Positions 13,291 through 26,149 of a stretch of 64,000 nucleotides of DNA are shown piece after piece (position 1 is the first letter of the stretch; every line of letters starts with the position of its first letter). This stretch comes from Octopus sinensis. Its lineage: Eukaryota. The stretch spans positions 19,344,001-19,408,000 of the forward strand of contig NC_043001.1 of the NCBI RefSeq assembly GCF_006345805.1, written 5' to 3'. The translations under genes were made by a program, and so were the position numbers. The notes under the pieces are model-generated. The model did no database searches. It was not told where the DNA came from and worked only from the letters and a program-made list of their open reading frames with translations.

Positions 13291-13639
13291 CTGCAATAAA
13301 ATCGATATTCAAATATTAAGAGTTGTTAAATAACCATGTCTGATAAAGAGAAATTACATAATAACTGGATAGAATATTTGTATAGATAGATCATCACAAT
13401 CATCATTTAATGCCTACTTTTCCATATCTAAAATGAATCAGACAGAATTTATTGAGACAGATTGTTTTTGTGACCAAATGCCTTTCCTGTCACTGACCCC
13501 CACTTGTTTCCAAGCAAGATAATATTTCCCCATAGGAGGTCATGTTTTTCGTGGAAGAGTAGAAATAAACTAGAAATAAACAGCTTCGCTTCTATGACAA
13601 TGAGGTTCGTTAATAACACCACACATATACATACATACA

Positions 13640-14055
13640 AACGAAGGGCTTCTTTCAGTTTCTGCCTACAAAATCCACTCACAAGGTTTATATTTCTTTA
13701 CTACCCACAACAGGCTAAACATAGAGGGGACAAACAAGGACAGACAAAGGGATTAAGTCGATTACATCGACCCAAGTGCGTAACTGGTACTTTATTTATC
13801 GACCCCGAAAGGATGAAAGGCAAAGTCGACCTCGGCGGAATTTGAACTCAGAACGTAACAACAGACGAGATACCGCTAAGCATTTCGACCGGCGCGCTAA
13901 CGTTTCTGCCAGCTCGCCGCCTTCCACTCACAAGGTTTAGGTCAACCCAGGGCTTTAATGGAAGACATTTGCCCAAGGTGCCATGCAGTGGGACTGAACC
14001 GAAGACCACATGGCTGGGAAGCAAGCTTCTTAACTGCACAGCCATACCTGTGCTT
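13640..14055 (-). mobile_element. SINE family B interrupted by a nested SINE family A (13691-13922)
   Basis: 17-bp TSD tccactcacaaggttta at 13674-13690 and 13923-13939 flanks the nested copy. Confidence 0.9.
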
Positions 14056-14691
14056 ATACACACATACATACGATATATATATATATATATATCATCATCA
14101 TCATTTAACGTCCATTGTACATGCAGGCATGGGTGGACAGTTTGACCACTCATATACTTTCTATGCAGCCATGTGTTGTGCCAGTTCATCATCGTCTGAA
14201 TCATTCTTTATTGGGCTCTGTCGTGTCCATGTAGTGATGCTTGTACATGTTGTTTGGCTCCCTTTCTATGACTGATGCACCAACATTAGAGACTGAATAA
14301 AAGGAACTCAGAACCCTAAGCATTCATGACTCAGTTTGTTAATGCACACACATGAAATTGTGACAGGAACGGCATCTATCCACAGAAACTTGCAAACAAA
14401 GAAGAACGATAAAAGCAAGACTTGTACTCCATCAGTAATATCAATGTCTGTAAGCAAGAGCTAAAAGCCATTTCTAAAGCTCACAGTGGTAACAGAATTT
14501 ACACACTCCAAATACCTGTCATTTGGGAAATAATTCTGTTTTCGTACCTAATTCATTCAGTTATTTTGAATTAACAAATTAGAGATTAGATGAAGTAACA
14601 ATATTTCTAGAGAATGAATTTACACCTTTCACAAGTGGAAAAGAATTTCACATAATTTAAAGGTGACCAACACAATCAAAATCAAAATCAA

Positions 14692-15005
14692 ATCTGATGC
14701 TAGCGGAGTGCAAAGAGCACCATACGAGTGTGATCATTGACAGAGCGGCTAACCGGCTTTCGTGCCAGTGGCACTTAAAAGGCACCATGCGAGCATGATC
14801 GTTACCAGCACCGCCTGACTGGCATGTAAAAGCACCCAATGCACTCTCGGAGTGGTTGGCATTAGGAAGGGCATCCAGCTGTAGAAACTCTGCCAGATCA
14901 AGATTGAAGCCTGGTGCAGCCATCTGGTTCGCCAGCCCTCAGTCATTCGTCCAACCCATGCTAGCATGGAAAGCGGACGTTAAACGATGATGATGATGAT
15001 GATGA
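14692..15005 (+). mobile_element. (ATG)n-tailed retroposon family C
   Basis: Core ggagtggttggcattaggaagggcatccagctgtagaaac...gacgttaaacg followed by an (ATG)n tail. Confidence 0.85.
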
Positions 15006-15334
15006 AATGAAATAATACTTCTTAGGAAGTTTAAACCTAAGGCATTTATGGTTAGTCAACCACTTTTAATGATAAGAACTGCCTTCAGTGAACTCTCAAT
15101 ACAAAACCTTATTGGTGGTGAATTCTCAAAAGGTCAAGTACCATTCTAGATGGGGATCTCTTTTGTGGAACTTTGTAGAAAGATCTCTGCAGGAATCTAT
15201 ATTTATTTGTCTAACCCAGATTACAATACTTATAAAAAAAAAAAACAAATCCAAATATTATATATTGAAATAATATATCTTCACAAAAATTTCAAGCATA
15301 TTATTATTATTATTATAATTATTATTATTTATTA

Positions 15335-15485
15335 GTGAGTGGTTGGCATTAGGAAGGGCATCCAGTTGTAGAAACTCTGCCAAATCAAGATTAGAGCCTG
15401 GTGCAGCCATCTGGTTCGCCAGTCCTCAGTCAAATCGTCCAACCCATGCTAGCATGGAAAGCAGACGTTAAACGACGATGATGAT
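15335..15485 (+). mobile_element. Family C, 5'-truncated
   Basis: Same core and tail. Confidence 0.85.
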
Positions 15486-15613
15486 ATAACTGTACTGGAA
15501 ATAGGCTCAGAGCAGTTGGGATAACAAAAGGAACTCATATCAAAAGATTTACAACACCTAATGTAAACATGGAAAAATAGCCAACAGATTGAATGCAGAC
15601 AGGATGTACTCAC

Positions 15614-15822
15614 TCTAAATTCATCTCTTCCATGTAGAGATTTAAGTTTTTGTTGTAAGATTTCATTAAATTCCAGCTGTGGTTGTTTACAGTCTTCAAG
15701 AGAACGTGGATGATCAGTAAGAATAGCTAACAAACATGCCATAAGATGTTCATGGAAAAGGGAATGGTCTTCTCGCAGATGTCCAATCAGTTGTTCCAAC
15801 ATACCCATATCACACAAAGTCT
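15614..15822 (-). CDS. HSPBP1: HSPBP1 coding exon 5 (ETLCDMGMLEQLIGHLREDHSLFHEHLMACLLAILTDHPRSLEDCKQPQLEFNEILQQKLKSLHGRDEFR), 209 nt
   Basis: Acceptor gtttacag|AG, donor AGA|GTGAGT. TLC.MGM..QL and HS.FHEH motifs. Confidence 0.96.
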
Positions 15823-15968
15823 CTGTAAACAAGGAGAATCAGATAAATTTGAAATTATACATTTTATATTAAGAAAATGATGAATTTAATTAAATTTTTA
15901 GTAAAACTTTTTTTTTTATATATATGAAACTAAAGCAAAAAAATAAGGGAAGCAGAAATCATAGCTGT

Positions 15969-16195
15969 TTAACCCTTTAGTATTTAAACAGGCCATATCC
16001 GGCCAAAATATTTAATCTGTTTTATGTTCAAACTGACCGGATCCAGGCTCTCACACCTACCCTACAATGTTATTCTACATTAAGTAATTACACCATCAAG
16101 ATCTTGAGGATATGAGATAATGCATGATTAATTCAAATCAATGGGAATCAATAAGCATTATGTTTGATTGAATTGTCTGAACACTAAAGGGTTAA
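15969..16195. mobile_element. piggyBac-type MITE, family P1 (HSPBP1 intron 4)
   Basis: TTAA-CCCTTTAGT...ACTAAAGGG-TTAA; TTAA TSD plus CCC termini. Confidence 0.8.
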
Positions 16196-16279
16196 ACAGG
16201 TCAAATTTAAGACTGGACTAAAAAAGCTAAAAATTTATTTTATTTTCTTCTCCCTTGGTGGAAGTGAAATATTCTATAG

Positions 16280-16537
16280 TGGTACATAAAAAGCATCAGC
16301 TGAACGTGGCTGATGCCAGTGCTGCCTTGACCGGCTTCTGTGCCAGTGGCATGTAAAAAGCACCATCTGATCGTGGTCGATGCCAGCACCTCTGTCAGCC
16401 TGTGCCGGTAGGGTATCCAGCAGTAGAAACACTGCCAGATCAGATTGGGGCCTGGTGCAGCTTCCTGGCTTCCCAGACCCCAGTCGAACCGTCCAATCCA
16501 TGCCAGCCTGGAAAACGGACGTTAAACGATGATGATG
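16280..16537 (+). mobile_element. Family C
   Basis: Same 3' portion and (ATG)n tail. Confidence 0.8.
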
Positions 16538-17492
16538 AATAATTACATAGATATACAAAAAAAAACCAGCAGCTAATATTAGTTTGATATTAGATAATCC
16601 AAGGGAATTAACTCTGTAATACACCGAGTCAACTAACAAAACGCAGTGTATAGGTTTCTGGAAAGCAATATAGATATGGTCTACAGTAGAGTAAGTGGTA
16701 GGGAAAATTACAGATTGAGAGCTTAGCTTCCTATCAGGCAGAATTAGTGATAGAATTCACTTCATAATGCAAAAACACATTAAATGTAGTTCATTACAAT
16801 CATGAATATAAAATAAAATGCTTGTGAATGTAGTTGTTCTGATTTTGCTTTTGTAATAATTTCCAATAAAATTTTCATAGAAGGCAACTATAATTTTTAT
16901 TTGAAAAACTGTTTTTAATTTTACAAGTACATGTACTTAGTCATTTTTATTAATTAAATCTGTTTTAGGATTTACATCACAGAAACTTAAAATCCACACG
17001 GTTAAAATTAAAAAGGTCCATTCCACAAAGATCTTGGTAGGCAGCAGATGTAATAATCTGGTCCAGGAGTTGGAATTGCAACCTCATGGTTCTAGGTTTG
17101 AACCAGAGAACCTTGAATACAGCTTAGAGTCGGACTTGAGAGTATGGAATGAGGTAAATGGAAATTGTGTGGAAGCCTGTCATATATGTATGCAATAGCC
17201 TTCACTGATGTACAAGATCATAAAAACAGAAATACTGGTGCTCCTTCAATAATGTTCTTTTGTTATATATATTAATCCTGCGCCAAGTCATAGACACTTC
17301 CTTCTCACTCTCAGTCAGAAATGTGGTAATTAATCTACTGGAAACTTGTAACAAGCAACTTTACTCTTCATCAATTCTGACACAAAATTTTTGAAACCTA
17401 AGAAATTTATGCAAAAAAAAAAAAAAAATCTATTCCTATTACAATAACATATCACCTCTAAAATTGGAATACTTATAATCCATGAAACCTAC

Positions 17493-17648
17493 CTTTCACT
17501 GCAGGCTTTTGGTTAACAATATTCCGCAACAAGAAAGCAGATTTTATTTTGAGCTTTTCAACATCAGCTTGCATAGCTCTCATCAAGTAAGAGAACCCAT
17601 CTCTTTTGATAAAATTATCTTGTGCTGATGGTTCTTCTCGGCATAAAC
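17493..17648 (-). CDS. HSPBP1: HSPBP1 coding exon 4 (CLCREEPSAQDNFIKRDGFSYLMRAMQADVEKLKIKSAFLLRNIVNQKPAVK), 156 nt
   Basis: Acceptor ctacaacag|GT, donor G|GTAGG. The motif DGFS.LMRAMQ..V.KLK.KSAFLL is diagnostic of HSPBP1. Confidence 0.96.
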
Positions 17649-18117
17649 CTGTTGTAGATAAGAGGAAACCTTTCAATAACAATGCATTTTTTTTATATAT
17701 ATATATTTTTTAATTACAGTTATGATGCCTCAATCTCTCTCTTTCTTGCTCTGTGTACGTACACACACACACACACAAACTATCATCTCTCTTAATTGAA
17801 TACATGCACAAGAGTAGTGACAGTCAGTAGTAAAATTGGTAGAGAATCAGATAAAATAACTTGTGGCATTTAGTTGAATTTCTTTATGCTCTGAGTTCAA
17901 ATCCAATTGCAATACATGTTGAGTGTAAACCTCTCAAGACTGATAACATATATACAGGGGTGAGTGTAATTGAGTATACTCTAGAAAATGATGCCCCAGC
18001 ACAGTTACAGTATAAGGACTTAAATTAAGAAAAAAGTGCACTGGTTACATGAAGAAGTTCACTTTGCCAATGTGGTTTGAAACTCATTTCCATCGTCTAG
18101 TATCTTCAGCAAGTGAC

Positions 18118-18397
18118 TTATCCGAACGTGACCGTTGCCAGCGCCGCCTCGACTGGCTTCCGTGATGGTGGCACATAAAAAGCACCAACTGATCGTGGCC
18201 ATTGCCAGCCTTGCCTGGCACGTAAAAAGCACCCACTACACTTACGGAGTGGTTGGCATTAGGAAGGGCATCAAGCTGTTGAAACACTGCCAGATCAAAC
18301 TGGAGCCTGGTGCAGCCTCCTGGCTTCCCAGACCCCAGTCGAACCATCCAACCCATGCTAGCATGGAAAGTGGACGTTAAACGAAGATGATGATGAA
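18118..18397 (+). mobile_element. Family C
   Basis: Same core and tail. Confidence 0.85.
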
Positions 18398-19550
18398 GAA
18401 GCTGATGAACGACATGTGAGTGAATTTGGTGAATGGAGACTGTAGGGAGCTTGTCATACATGTATGAACAAGTTAATTTTTGATTAACAGTATTACCATA
18501 TCTCTGTAGAGTTAATTGTGAGAGACATAGCTCCAATCGATCTAACACATTTAATAACAAATTAATGATGACACAGCTTAGATACAAGTCTTAGAATAAT
18601 TAAACTGTTCCACAAAACTAATGTCATCTTTTCCCCCTAATTACATTTTTGATGATCAATGCATGAAATGTGTTAATTATATCTCAACTGCTATTTTGTT
18701 TTTTTATATGGATGGCATCCCTGAGCAATTTACTTCAGTAACGTATATTATAACTACCTTAAATATAATAACCCTTTCTACTGAAGGCACAAGGCTTGAA
18801 ATTTGTGGGGAGGGGAATAGCTGATTACATCAACCCCAGTACGCAACTGGTACTTAATTTATCGACCCCAAAAGGATGAAAGGCAAAGTCAACCTCGAAT
18901 ACCTTAAATATAATAACACTAACTTTACACAGCTCCCATGACTTTTGGAAATATTTTTTCACACTATGAGTTGCTGAAGCATGGAACAAACTACCAGCAT
19001 CAGTTGTTAGTTGTCAGAGTACTGCATCCTTCAAAACTTCCATGCTTCCTGAGATTCGCCAACACTACACCTGATTTTCTCCCCTCCATACACATGCAAG
19101 CATGTATCTGACTCATACACTGTTTGCTTCCCAGACATTTGTACATTACTGCATATGCTTTATATGCACTTTTGACAAGTTGTGGTGCACCTGAGCACTG
19201 TATACAATAATTTCATTACTTCTTTTATTATTAAGTCCACAGAGCAGATAAACTGCTAAATAAGATAAAGTAGCTACAGCAATATAAGTGTGAAATACGT
19301 CTCCAAGAGAAGCTTTAACAGATCACTCAGATTATACAAGTTGTAGCAAAGTATTTTCCTTGAAGGGTAAAAACCACATTGGACAAGCTGATAACAGCTG
19401 GAACACCCTTTGATCATATTTCTGGTTATTTGATAAAGATTGAATTAGTGTAAAAGAACAATAAATTTTAAATAGTGACAACCTTTATTTCACAGCTGAA
19501 TGGGCAACTTTAAAAACATATCAACTCATATGAGCTGTTCCAACATTTTA

Positions 19551-19862
19551 TGTGCCGGTGGCACGTAAAAAGCACCAACCGTTCGTGGCCATTGCCAGCC
19601 TACCCTGGCACGTAAAAAACACCATCTGTACGTGGCTGAGGCCAGCGCCACCTTGACTGGCTTCCGTGTCGGTGGAACGTAAAAAGCACCCACTACACTC
19701 ACGGAGTGGTTGGCGTTAGGAAGGGCATCCAGCTGTAGAAACACTGCCAGATCAGACTGGAGCCTGGTGCAGCCTCCTGGCTTCCCAGACCCCGGACGAA
19801 CCGTCCAACCCATGCTAGCATGGAAAACGGACATTAAACGATGATAATGATGATGATGATGA
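19551..19862 (+). mobile_element. Family C, tail next to the exon 3 donor
   Basis: Same core. The tail ends 18 nt from the exon boundary at 19881. Confidence 0.85.
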
Positions 19863-19880
19863 AGAAAAGAAGCCTCTTAC

Positions 19881-20102
19881 ATGAAATAGCATACAATGCC
19901 TTGATTCGGACACTGGTAGTGGAATCATTGTCCAGTACATCCATCATTGTGTTGAGTAACTCAGAATCTAATACTGCCTTCTGACAGAATGGGTTATTTT
20001 GAACAAGGGCTGCAATAAGGTCGAGCGTCCTCCAACGTAATTCTGAATTGGGATCATGAAGAAGACTTGGCAGGATATCAAAACCTCCAATTTTAAAGAA
20101 AT
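19881..20102 (-). CDS. HSPBP1: HSPBP1 coding exon 3 (DFFKIGGFDILPSLLHDPNSELRWRTLDLIAALVQNNPFCQKAVLDSELLNTMMDVLDNDSTTSVRIKALYAIS), 222 nt
   Basis: Acceptor tttattctag|AT, donor T|GTAAG, phase 1 to 1. Conserved LRWR...QNNP.CQ and KAL.AIS motifs. Confidence 0.96.
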
Positions 20103-20768
20103 CTAGAATAAAGAGAAAAACAGAAAAATATGATGTAATTATAATTCTCAAACAAGTTAACTATAAAAAATATTTTCAAGATAAAAGAATTCTTAACATA
20201 GACAAAAAAAACCCCACCCAAAACGGTCAATGACATCAACCCCAAGTACCTGACCAATTCTTTATTTTATCAACACCAAGGAGAACTAAAAGCAAAATAA
20301 ACTTTGGCAGGATGTGCTTATATAGACAGTAGCCTCATAGGTTCTCTAACTTTGGAAATGCAGGATCAACTACACCATCCTAGGGTATAGGATGTGAGTT
20401 ACACTGCATCTACAAGGATATAATATGGATTACAGCTGGCCCCTACTCCTGATTATATTTGCACCACTCCCAGAACATTTTATGCATTTATCCCAGGCAA
20501 TGCCCTTCTCCATTGGTGCAGTGTATTCCCCACTCCTGTGGACCTGGTTGATCTGTTGACTTGTGAAGTTTATGGCCCTTCATAATATACTTCGATCTTT
20601 TTTTATGTTATTTCAGTGTTTGCGTATTTACAGATATACACACGTGTAAATGTTAATGCATGTGTATTTTTATGTACATGTAGAGGTTTTTGAGTGCATA
20701 TGCAAGTATATATATATATTTAATATGTGTATCGATCAACCTGAATGGAAAGTGTAGCTGTAATATCA

Positions 20769-21062
20769 GTGCCGGTGGCACATAAGAGAACCATCTGAAC
20801 GTGGCCATTGCCAGCGCCGCCCCGACTGGCCTCCGTGCCGGTGGCACACCATCTGATCGTGGCCGTTTGCCAGCCTCGTCTTGCACGTAAAAAGCGCCCA
20901 CTACACTCATGGAGTGGTTGGCGTTAGGAAGGGCATCCAGCCATAGAAAGATTGCCAGATCAGACTGGGCCTGGTGCAGCCTTCTGGCTTCCCAGACCCA
21001 AGTTGAACCGTCCAACCCATGCCAGCATGGAAAGTGGACGCTAAACGAAGATGATGATGATG
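20769..21062 (+). mobile_element. Family C
   Basis: Same core and tail. Confidence 0.85.
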
Positions 21063-22426
21063 TATGAATGTATTTTGTATGTATATACAGATATATGCAT
21101 GTAGCTTTTATCCATTTACTCCTTTTTATATATTTGTGTATGTATATTATATTTTATATGCATATATATATGTATTGTCTATGTATTTATATATTCATTA
21201 TAATAAGATAAGAAAATAGAGAGATAATTAATAAATGATTATTTATTAATTAAAACATTGACAAACATTCCTTACAGTTAATGGTTTGCAACTGTTTACT
21301 CAACATGCAGTAACTGAACTCCTATTATGTATATCTTAAACTACCTCTGACGAGATTCAACTTTCAAATGATTTAAGATTTTATTAATTAATTTTCTGAA
21401 GGTCTTGATCTGAAACAGCTGTAAAGGATGTTTGTCAATTTTTTTATTAAATAAATAATGATTTATTATTTTTCTATTTTCTTATCTTATAATAATAAAT
21501 AAATATATATAAACCATGGTTTATATAGTTACCTTGCAGTTGAGTATTAACTGTAATGTTCAACATTCTTTGTATAGGTAATTAACCAGTGCTTTCATAG
21601 GATTTTGCTATCCCTTAATGAGGTTTGTAACTTTTATTTGAATTTATATATTTATACATTTCTGTTGATGGTTGGTTGAGTAGTTCCATTGAAAGACAGA
21701 ATAATGGTTAGATACCTGGATGTGTGATTTATAAGGTATGCATATTTTGTGTTTCTATAGGAATACACGGATGGATTTGTGTATGTGTGTGTATACATTT
21801 CTTTGTGCTGTATGTATGGGTTTTGGATGTGCATTTATATCTTTCCGACAGCCCTAGCTGGCTTATGCTATCAATTTCGTCAGCATTTTCCTTACTCCTT
21901 GTATTGTTGCTTTTCTTTTATTTATGGTTTTATAAGCTTTCTTTTCTCTCAAACACTCTCTCTCGGAACATATTTGGTTTTGAGAGGGGCATGGCATTGT
22001 TTGGACTTCCTTGACATAATGCTTTGTCTCCTGCTATTTTATGCGATATGTGAGGTTGTTGATTATTTGTGTAACAGGGAAAATGCATACATTTGTTGTA
22101 TTTATTGCAGGACACTGATGAGGTGAGGTGCACGAAGGCACAATGCTTTTATGACTGTTATGTAATCATTTCGGCATTTTGCTGACACACATTTATGTCC
22201 TATGAAACAGTGACTACCACACCCATTTTTAGCTTATTATTTCTTTCCTATTATTTTGCCTTGTCTTCCACATGTAAGCCTGTCTCAAGGTTGATGCTCA
22301 GTGTCATATTACACTGGATACTGAAGTGCAGTGTAGACCCCATTACTGAGCCCAATTTTAGCTGCATGTCACACTTTACTGTGTCCCTTTTGTTAATACA
22401 TATACATATATATCATCAAAATACAT

Positions 22427-22770
22427 AGGCACAGGAGTGGCTGTATGGTGAGAAGCTTGCTTCCCAACCACATGACTCCAGGTTCAGTCCCATTGCATGG
22501 CACCTTGGTCAAGTATCTTCTACTATAGCCTCAAGCCAACCAAAGCCTTATGAGTGGATTTGGTAAATGGAAACTGAAAGAAGCCTGTCAAATATATATA
22601 TATGTATGTATTTGTATGTCTGTGTTTGTCCCCCACACCATCACTTGACAACTTATGTTGGTGTGTTTATGTGTCTGTAACTTAGCAGTTCAGCAAAAGA
22701 GTCCGATAGAATAAGTACTAAGCTTACAAAGAATAAGCCCTGGGGTTGAAACAAGTAAAAGAATAAAAGA
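22427..22770 (+). mobile_element. tRNA-derived SINE family B (CORE-like ccttgg(g/t)caagt)
   Basis: A-box-like tggctgtatggt, B-box-like ggttcagtcc. CpGs largely converted. Confidence 0.85.
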
Positions 22771-23035
22771 ATATATATCATCGCTGTTCTATGCTCACAC
22801 GGGACAGGTGGAATTTTGTTGAGGCAGGTTTTCTACAACCAGATGTCCTTCCTGTCAGCAACATTCACTGTTTCCAAGAGAGATAATATTTTGCTATAAC
22901 CAGACATGTTTCCAAGGAAGATTGGAAACAAAGGACAACAATGTTTATATATATTAGAACAAATACAACAAGAGCACTCAGAGTGAAAACCTCTGCTAAG
23001 GCAACACCAACGTCCTCTCAATGATTAGCCAGAGA

Positions 23036-23244
23036 TCATCATCATCATCATTTAACGTCTGCTTTCCATGCTAGCATGGGTTGGACGGTTCAACTGGAGT
23101 CTGGGAAGCCCGAAGGCTGCACCAGGCCAGTCAGATCTGGCGATGTTTCTACAGCTGGATGCCCTTCCTAACGCCAACCACTCCGTGAGTGTAGTGGGTG
23201 CTTTTTATGTGCCACCGACACAGGTGCCAGACGAGGCTGGCTGC
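23036..23244 (-). mobile_element. Family C, reverse orientation
   Basis: (CAT)n followed by ttaacgtctgctttccatgctagcatggg. A further reverse copy is cut by the window edge at 1-56. Confidence 0.85.
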
Positions 23245-24314
23245 CAGATGATTTTAAAATGAGAACATCTAAAATAAACTCGAGTGCACTCACAAACGTG
23301 AATACTAAAAATGAACTTGACCGCTCTCAAAACTTAGGTATAAAAACTGGAGAAATAATCCAGAATCTTTGTCCGGTACTTGATCAATCCCAATGGTAGT
23401 CATAGAATGTGAAGGTGGCTGTAGAAAATTTAGTAACAGTAATAAATAGCTTATCCTTATCTAATACAAGCCAAAGTTAACAAATTCACCATTCAAAACA
23501 GTTACAGCCTAAAGGGAGATAATTGAGAAAGACTTCAAAGTTAACATAAGATCATAATCATGCAAAGTAAATATAACAAATAATCCAGAATCCTTGTCTG
23601 GTGCCAGACCGACCCAAAATCTAATCAGTTCATGCCAGTCATGAGGCCAAACATCCCTGAAAGTTTCATCTAAATCCATCCAGCAGTTCTTGAGATATCT
23701 TGTCTATAGACAAACAAACAAACAAACAAATGCGACTGAAAACAATACCTCCACCTTTGCTAAGGCAGAGGTAATAATTGCTAATCCAACAAAGGAAACC
23801 TCTGCAATTACCAGACCTGCTAAAAATATCAGCCAAATTACACCTTATCATTTTAAAATACAGGGAGGACACTTTCAATAATGAAATCAGTCCTAGATAC
23901 CATTAAACCATTTGATACTAACCCACCTGAGAATACCCTTCGTTCTATGATAGAAACTTATTGCTTAAAAAATTATCTAAATTAAAACCTTCCAGCAAAG
24001 TTTTTGTTAATTTATGTTCCAAACATCAGCTAAGAATGAAAAAATTATTTAACAAAATTCGGCATTAATTGTAAAAAAGGAAGGGTATTTCAATAAAACT
24101 TTGGAAAGGAAAGGGGTAAACTGATGGGTCAAGGCTAAATAACAACAGTAATGGCAATATGAGAACAGTATTAGTTTTTATCAATGCAAAACAAGTAAAA
24201 GTTTAAATGTATAAAAATTCAAATTGGCAGAAGACAAAAGCAGAACTCAAGAGATGAAGGCAGTTTTTTTGACATATTTGATAACAAAGCTACTTTGTTC
24301 AACTGAATTCAAAA

Positions 24315-24577
24315 CCCTACTGGCACCTGTGCTGGTGGCATGTGTAAAAAGATTCGAGCGAGGTCATTACGAGTACCGTCTGACTGGCCCCCGTGCCAGT
24401 GGCACGTAAAAAGCACCCACTACACTCTCGGAGTGGTTGGCATTAGGAAAGGCATCCAGCTGTAGAAACTCTGCCAGATCAAGATTGGAGCAGCCATCTG
24501 GTTTGCCAGCCCTTAGTCAAAATCGTCCAACCCATGCTAGCATGGAAGGCAGATGTTAAACGATGATGATGATGATA
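24315..24577 (+). mobile_element. Family C
   Basis: Same core and tail. Confidence 0.85.
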
Positions 24578-24596
24578 TAGTTTCTGTAGAAATATT

Positions 24597-24807
24597 GGCT
24601 TCAAATTTTGGCACAAGGCCAGCTATTTTTGGGAGGAGTAAGTCAATTACATTATTAACCCCAGTGTCTAACTGGTACTTATATCGATCCCAAAATAAAG
24701 AAAGGCAAAGTCAACCTCAGTGGAATTTGAACTCAGAATGTAAGGAGAGACGAAATGCCATGAAGCCTTTTGCCTGGCATACAAATGATTCTGCCATCTT
24801 GCTGCCT
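24597..24807 (-). mobile_element. SINE family A variant with 19-bp TSD
   Basis: TSD tagtttctgtagaaatatt on both sides; B-box gttcaaattcc on the minus strand. Confidence 0.85.
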
Positions 24808-25034
24808 TAGTTTCTGTAGAAATATTTATTGAAAGTTCCTAAATTTAGAATAAGGTGCCATAGCCATGAAAAGGAAGAATTCTTAGTATAAGAAAAATGA
24901 ATTGAATATCACCACTTGCCGCCTTAGTTTCTGTAGAAATATCTATTGAAAGTTCCTAAATTTAGAATAAGGTGCCATAGCCATGAAAAGGAAGAACTCT
25001 TAGTATAAGAAAAATGAAATGAATATCACCACTT
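24801..25034. repeat. 117-bp tandem duplication of the start of HSPBP1 intron 2
   Basis: Units 24801-24917 and 24918-25034 differ at about 4 positions. Confidence 0.95.
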
Positions 25035-25036
25035 AC

Positions 25037-25208
25037 CAATTGCAAAATCTATATATTCACACCATTCAAGTAATTCTTCAAGAGCAGCCTCTTTGTCGTC
25101 ATCTTCATTTTCACTATTTGGAGACTTTAGAATACGGATACATTCTTTCATACGCCTAACGGGACTCTCGGTCAAACTATTGAGTGCTCCTTCCAGCCAT
25201 TCACGATC
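25037..25208 (-). CDS. HSPBP1: HSPBP1 coding exon 2 (DREWLEGALNSLTESPVRRMKECIRILKSPNSENEDDDKEAALEELLEWCEYIDFAI), 172 nt
   Basis: Acceptor cttttatcttttag|GAT, donor G|GTAAGT. Matches the Fes1-domain pattern (R.WL..A ...MK.C ...ALE.L...E.ID.A). Not in the ORF track because it lacks an ATG-initiated 60-aa ORF. Confidence 0.93.
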
Positions 25209-26149
25209 CTAAAAGATAAAAGAAGACAGAAAAATGGTTAATCAAAATTAGATTTTATTATTTATATCTCTAAATAGAAGCAGCTATCTTTCTCATTTAT
25301 TCAAAGGAACTATTAATATTCAGGTAATTCAGATAATTCATAAATGAAATTATTATGAAAGGAAGAAATCATAAATAAACGATGACGATGACGAGGATTT
25401 CAAACCAAATTAAAAAGCTTTTATGTCAAAATCTATACTAGTTATATAAAAACATTGAAAAAATGTAATTCTGTTTATGAAATGCTTAAAGCAAAGTTGT
25501 ACTGCATTCAGTTTCGTCAACAAATTATAAAATAAATCAGAATTTGTTTCATACGACCAAAATATTATTTGCAAAAAGGAAATATTACATTTTTTTGTAT
25601 ATAGTCTTCAATAAGTTTCTCTCCTTTTTACAAACTTACCCTCTGTATATTCTGAGCACTGGGCCCTCAAAAGGAGAATATTAACTCCCTTAACCCTTTT
25701 CATACCAACCAACTAAGGACTGCCTTTGTTTCTTTTCTTTTTTAAATAAACTTCTTGTTTTAAATTAAAACCTTCAATCAAAATTTCATATTCTTTTATG
25801 GCCCAAACACCATGCAAATCCCAGCCCTTTATGGGTTAACTATCGAATATGTTGATAAATTTATTTTGAATAGATTTATTAACATAAATAAAGGTAAATA
25901 ACAGCAATCTATAAACAACTATTGCTGTTAGTATGCAAGTGGCTGAGCACTCAACAGACATGTGTACCCTTAACATAGTTCTCAGGGAGGTTGAGTGTGA
26001 CACAGAATGTGACAAGGCTGGCCCTTTTCAATAACAGGTACAACTCATTTTTGCCAGCTGACTGGACAGGAACAACATGAAGTAAAGTGTTTTGCTCAAG
26101 GCCACAATGCACCACAGGGATCCAAAAGCATGACTTTGTGATCACCCTT

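Noticed and set aside
18084-18587. Recurrent ORFs containing LDALPNANHS (14657, 18084, 19526, 20653, 23068, 26262, 29148) as a gene family
   Set aside because: They are antisense readings of family C retroposon copies, with no splice or codon support.
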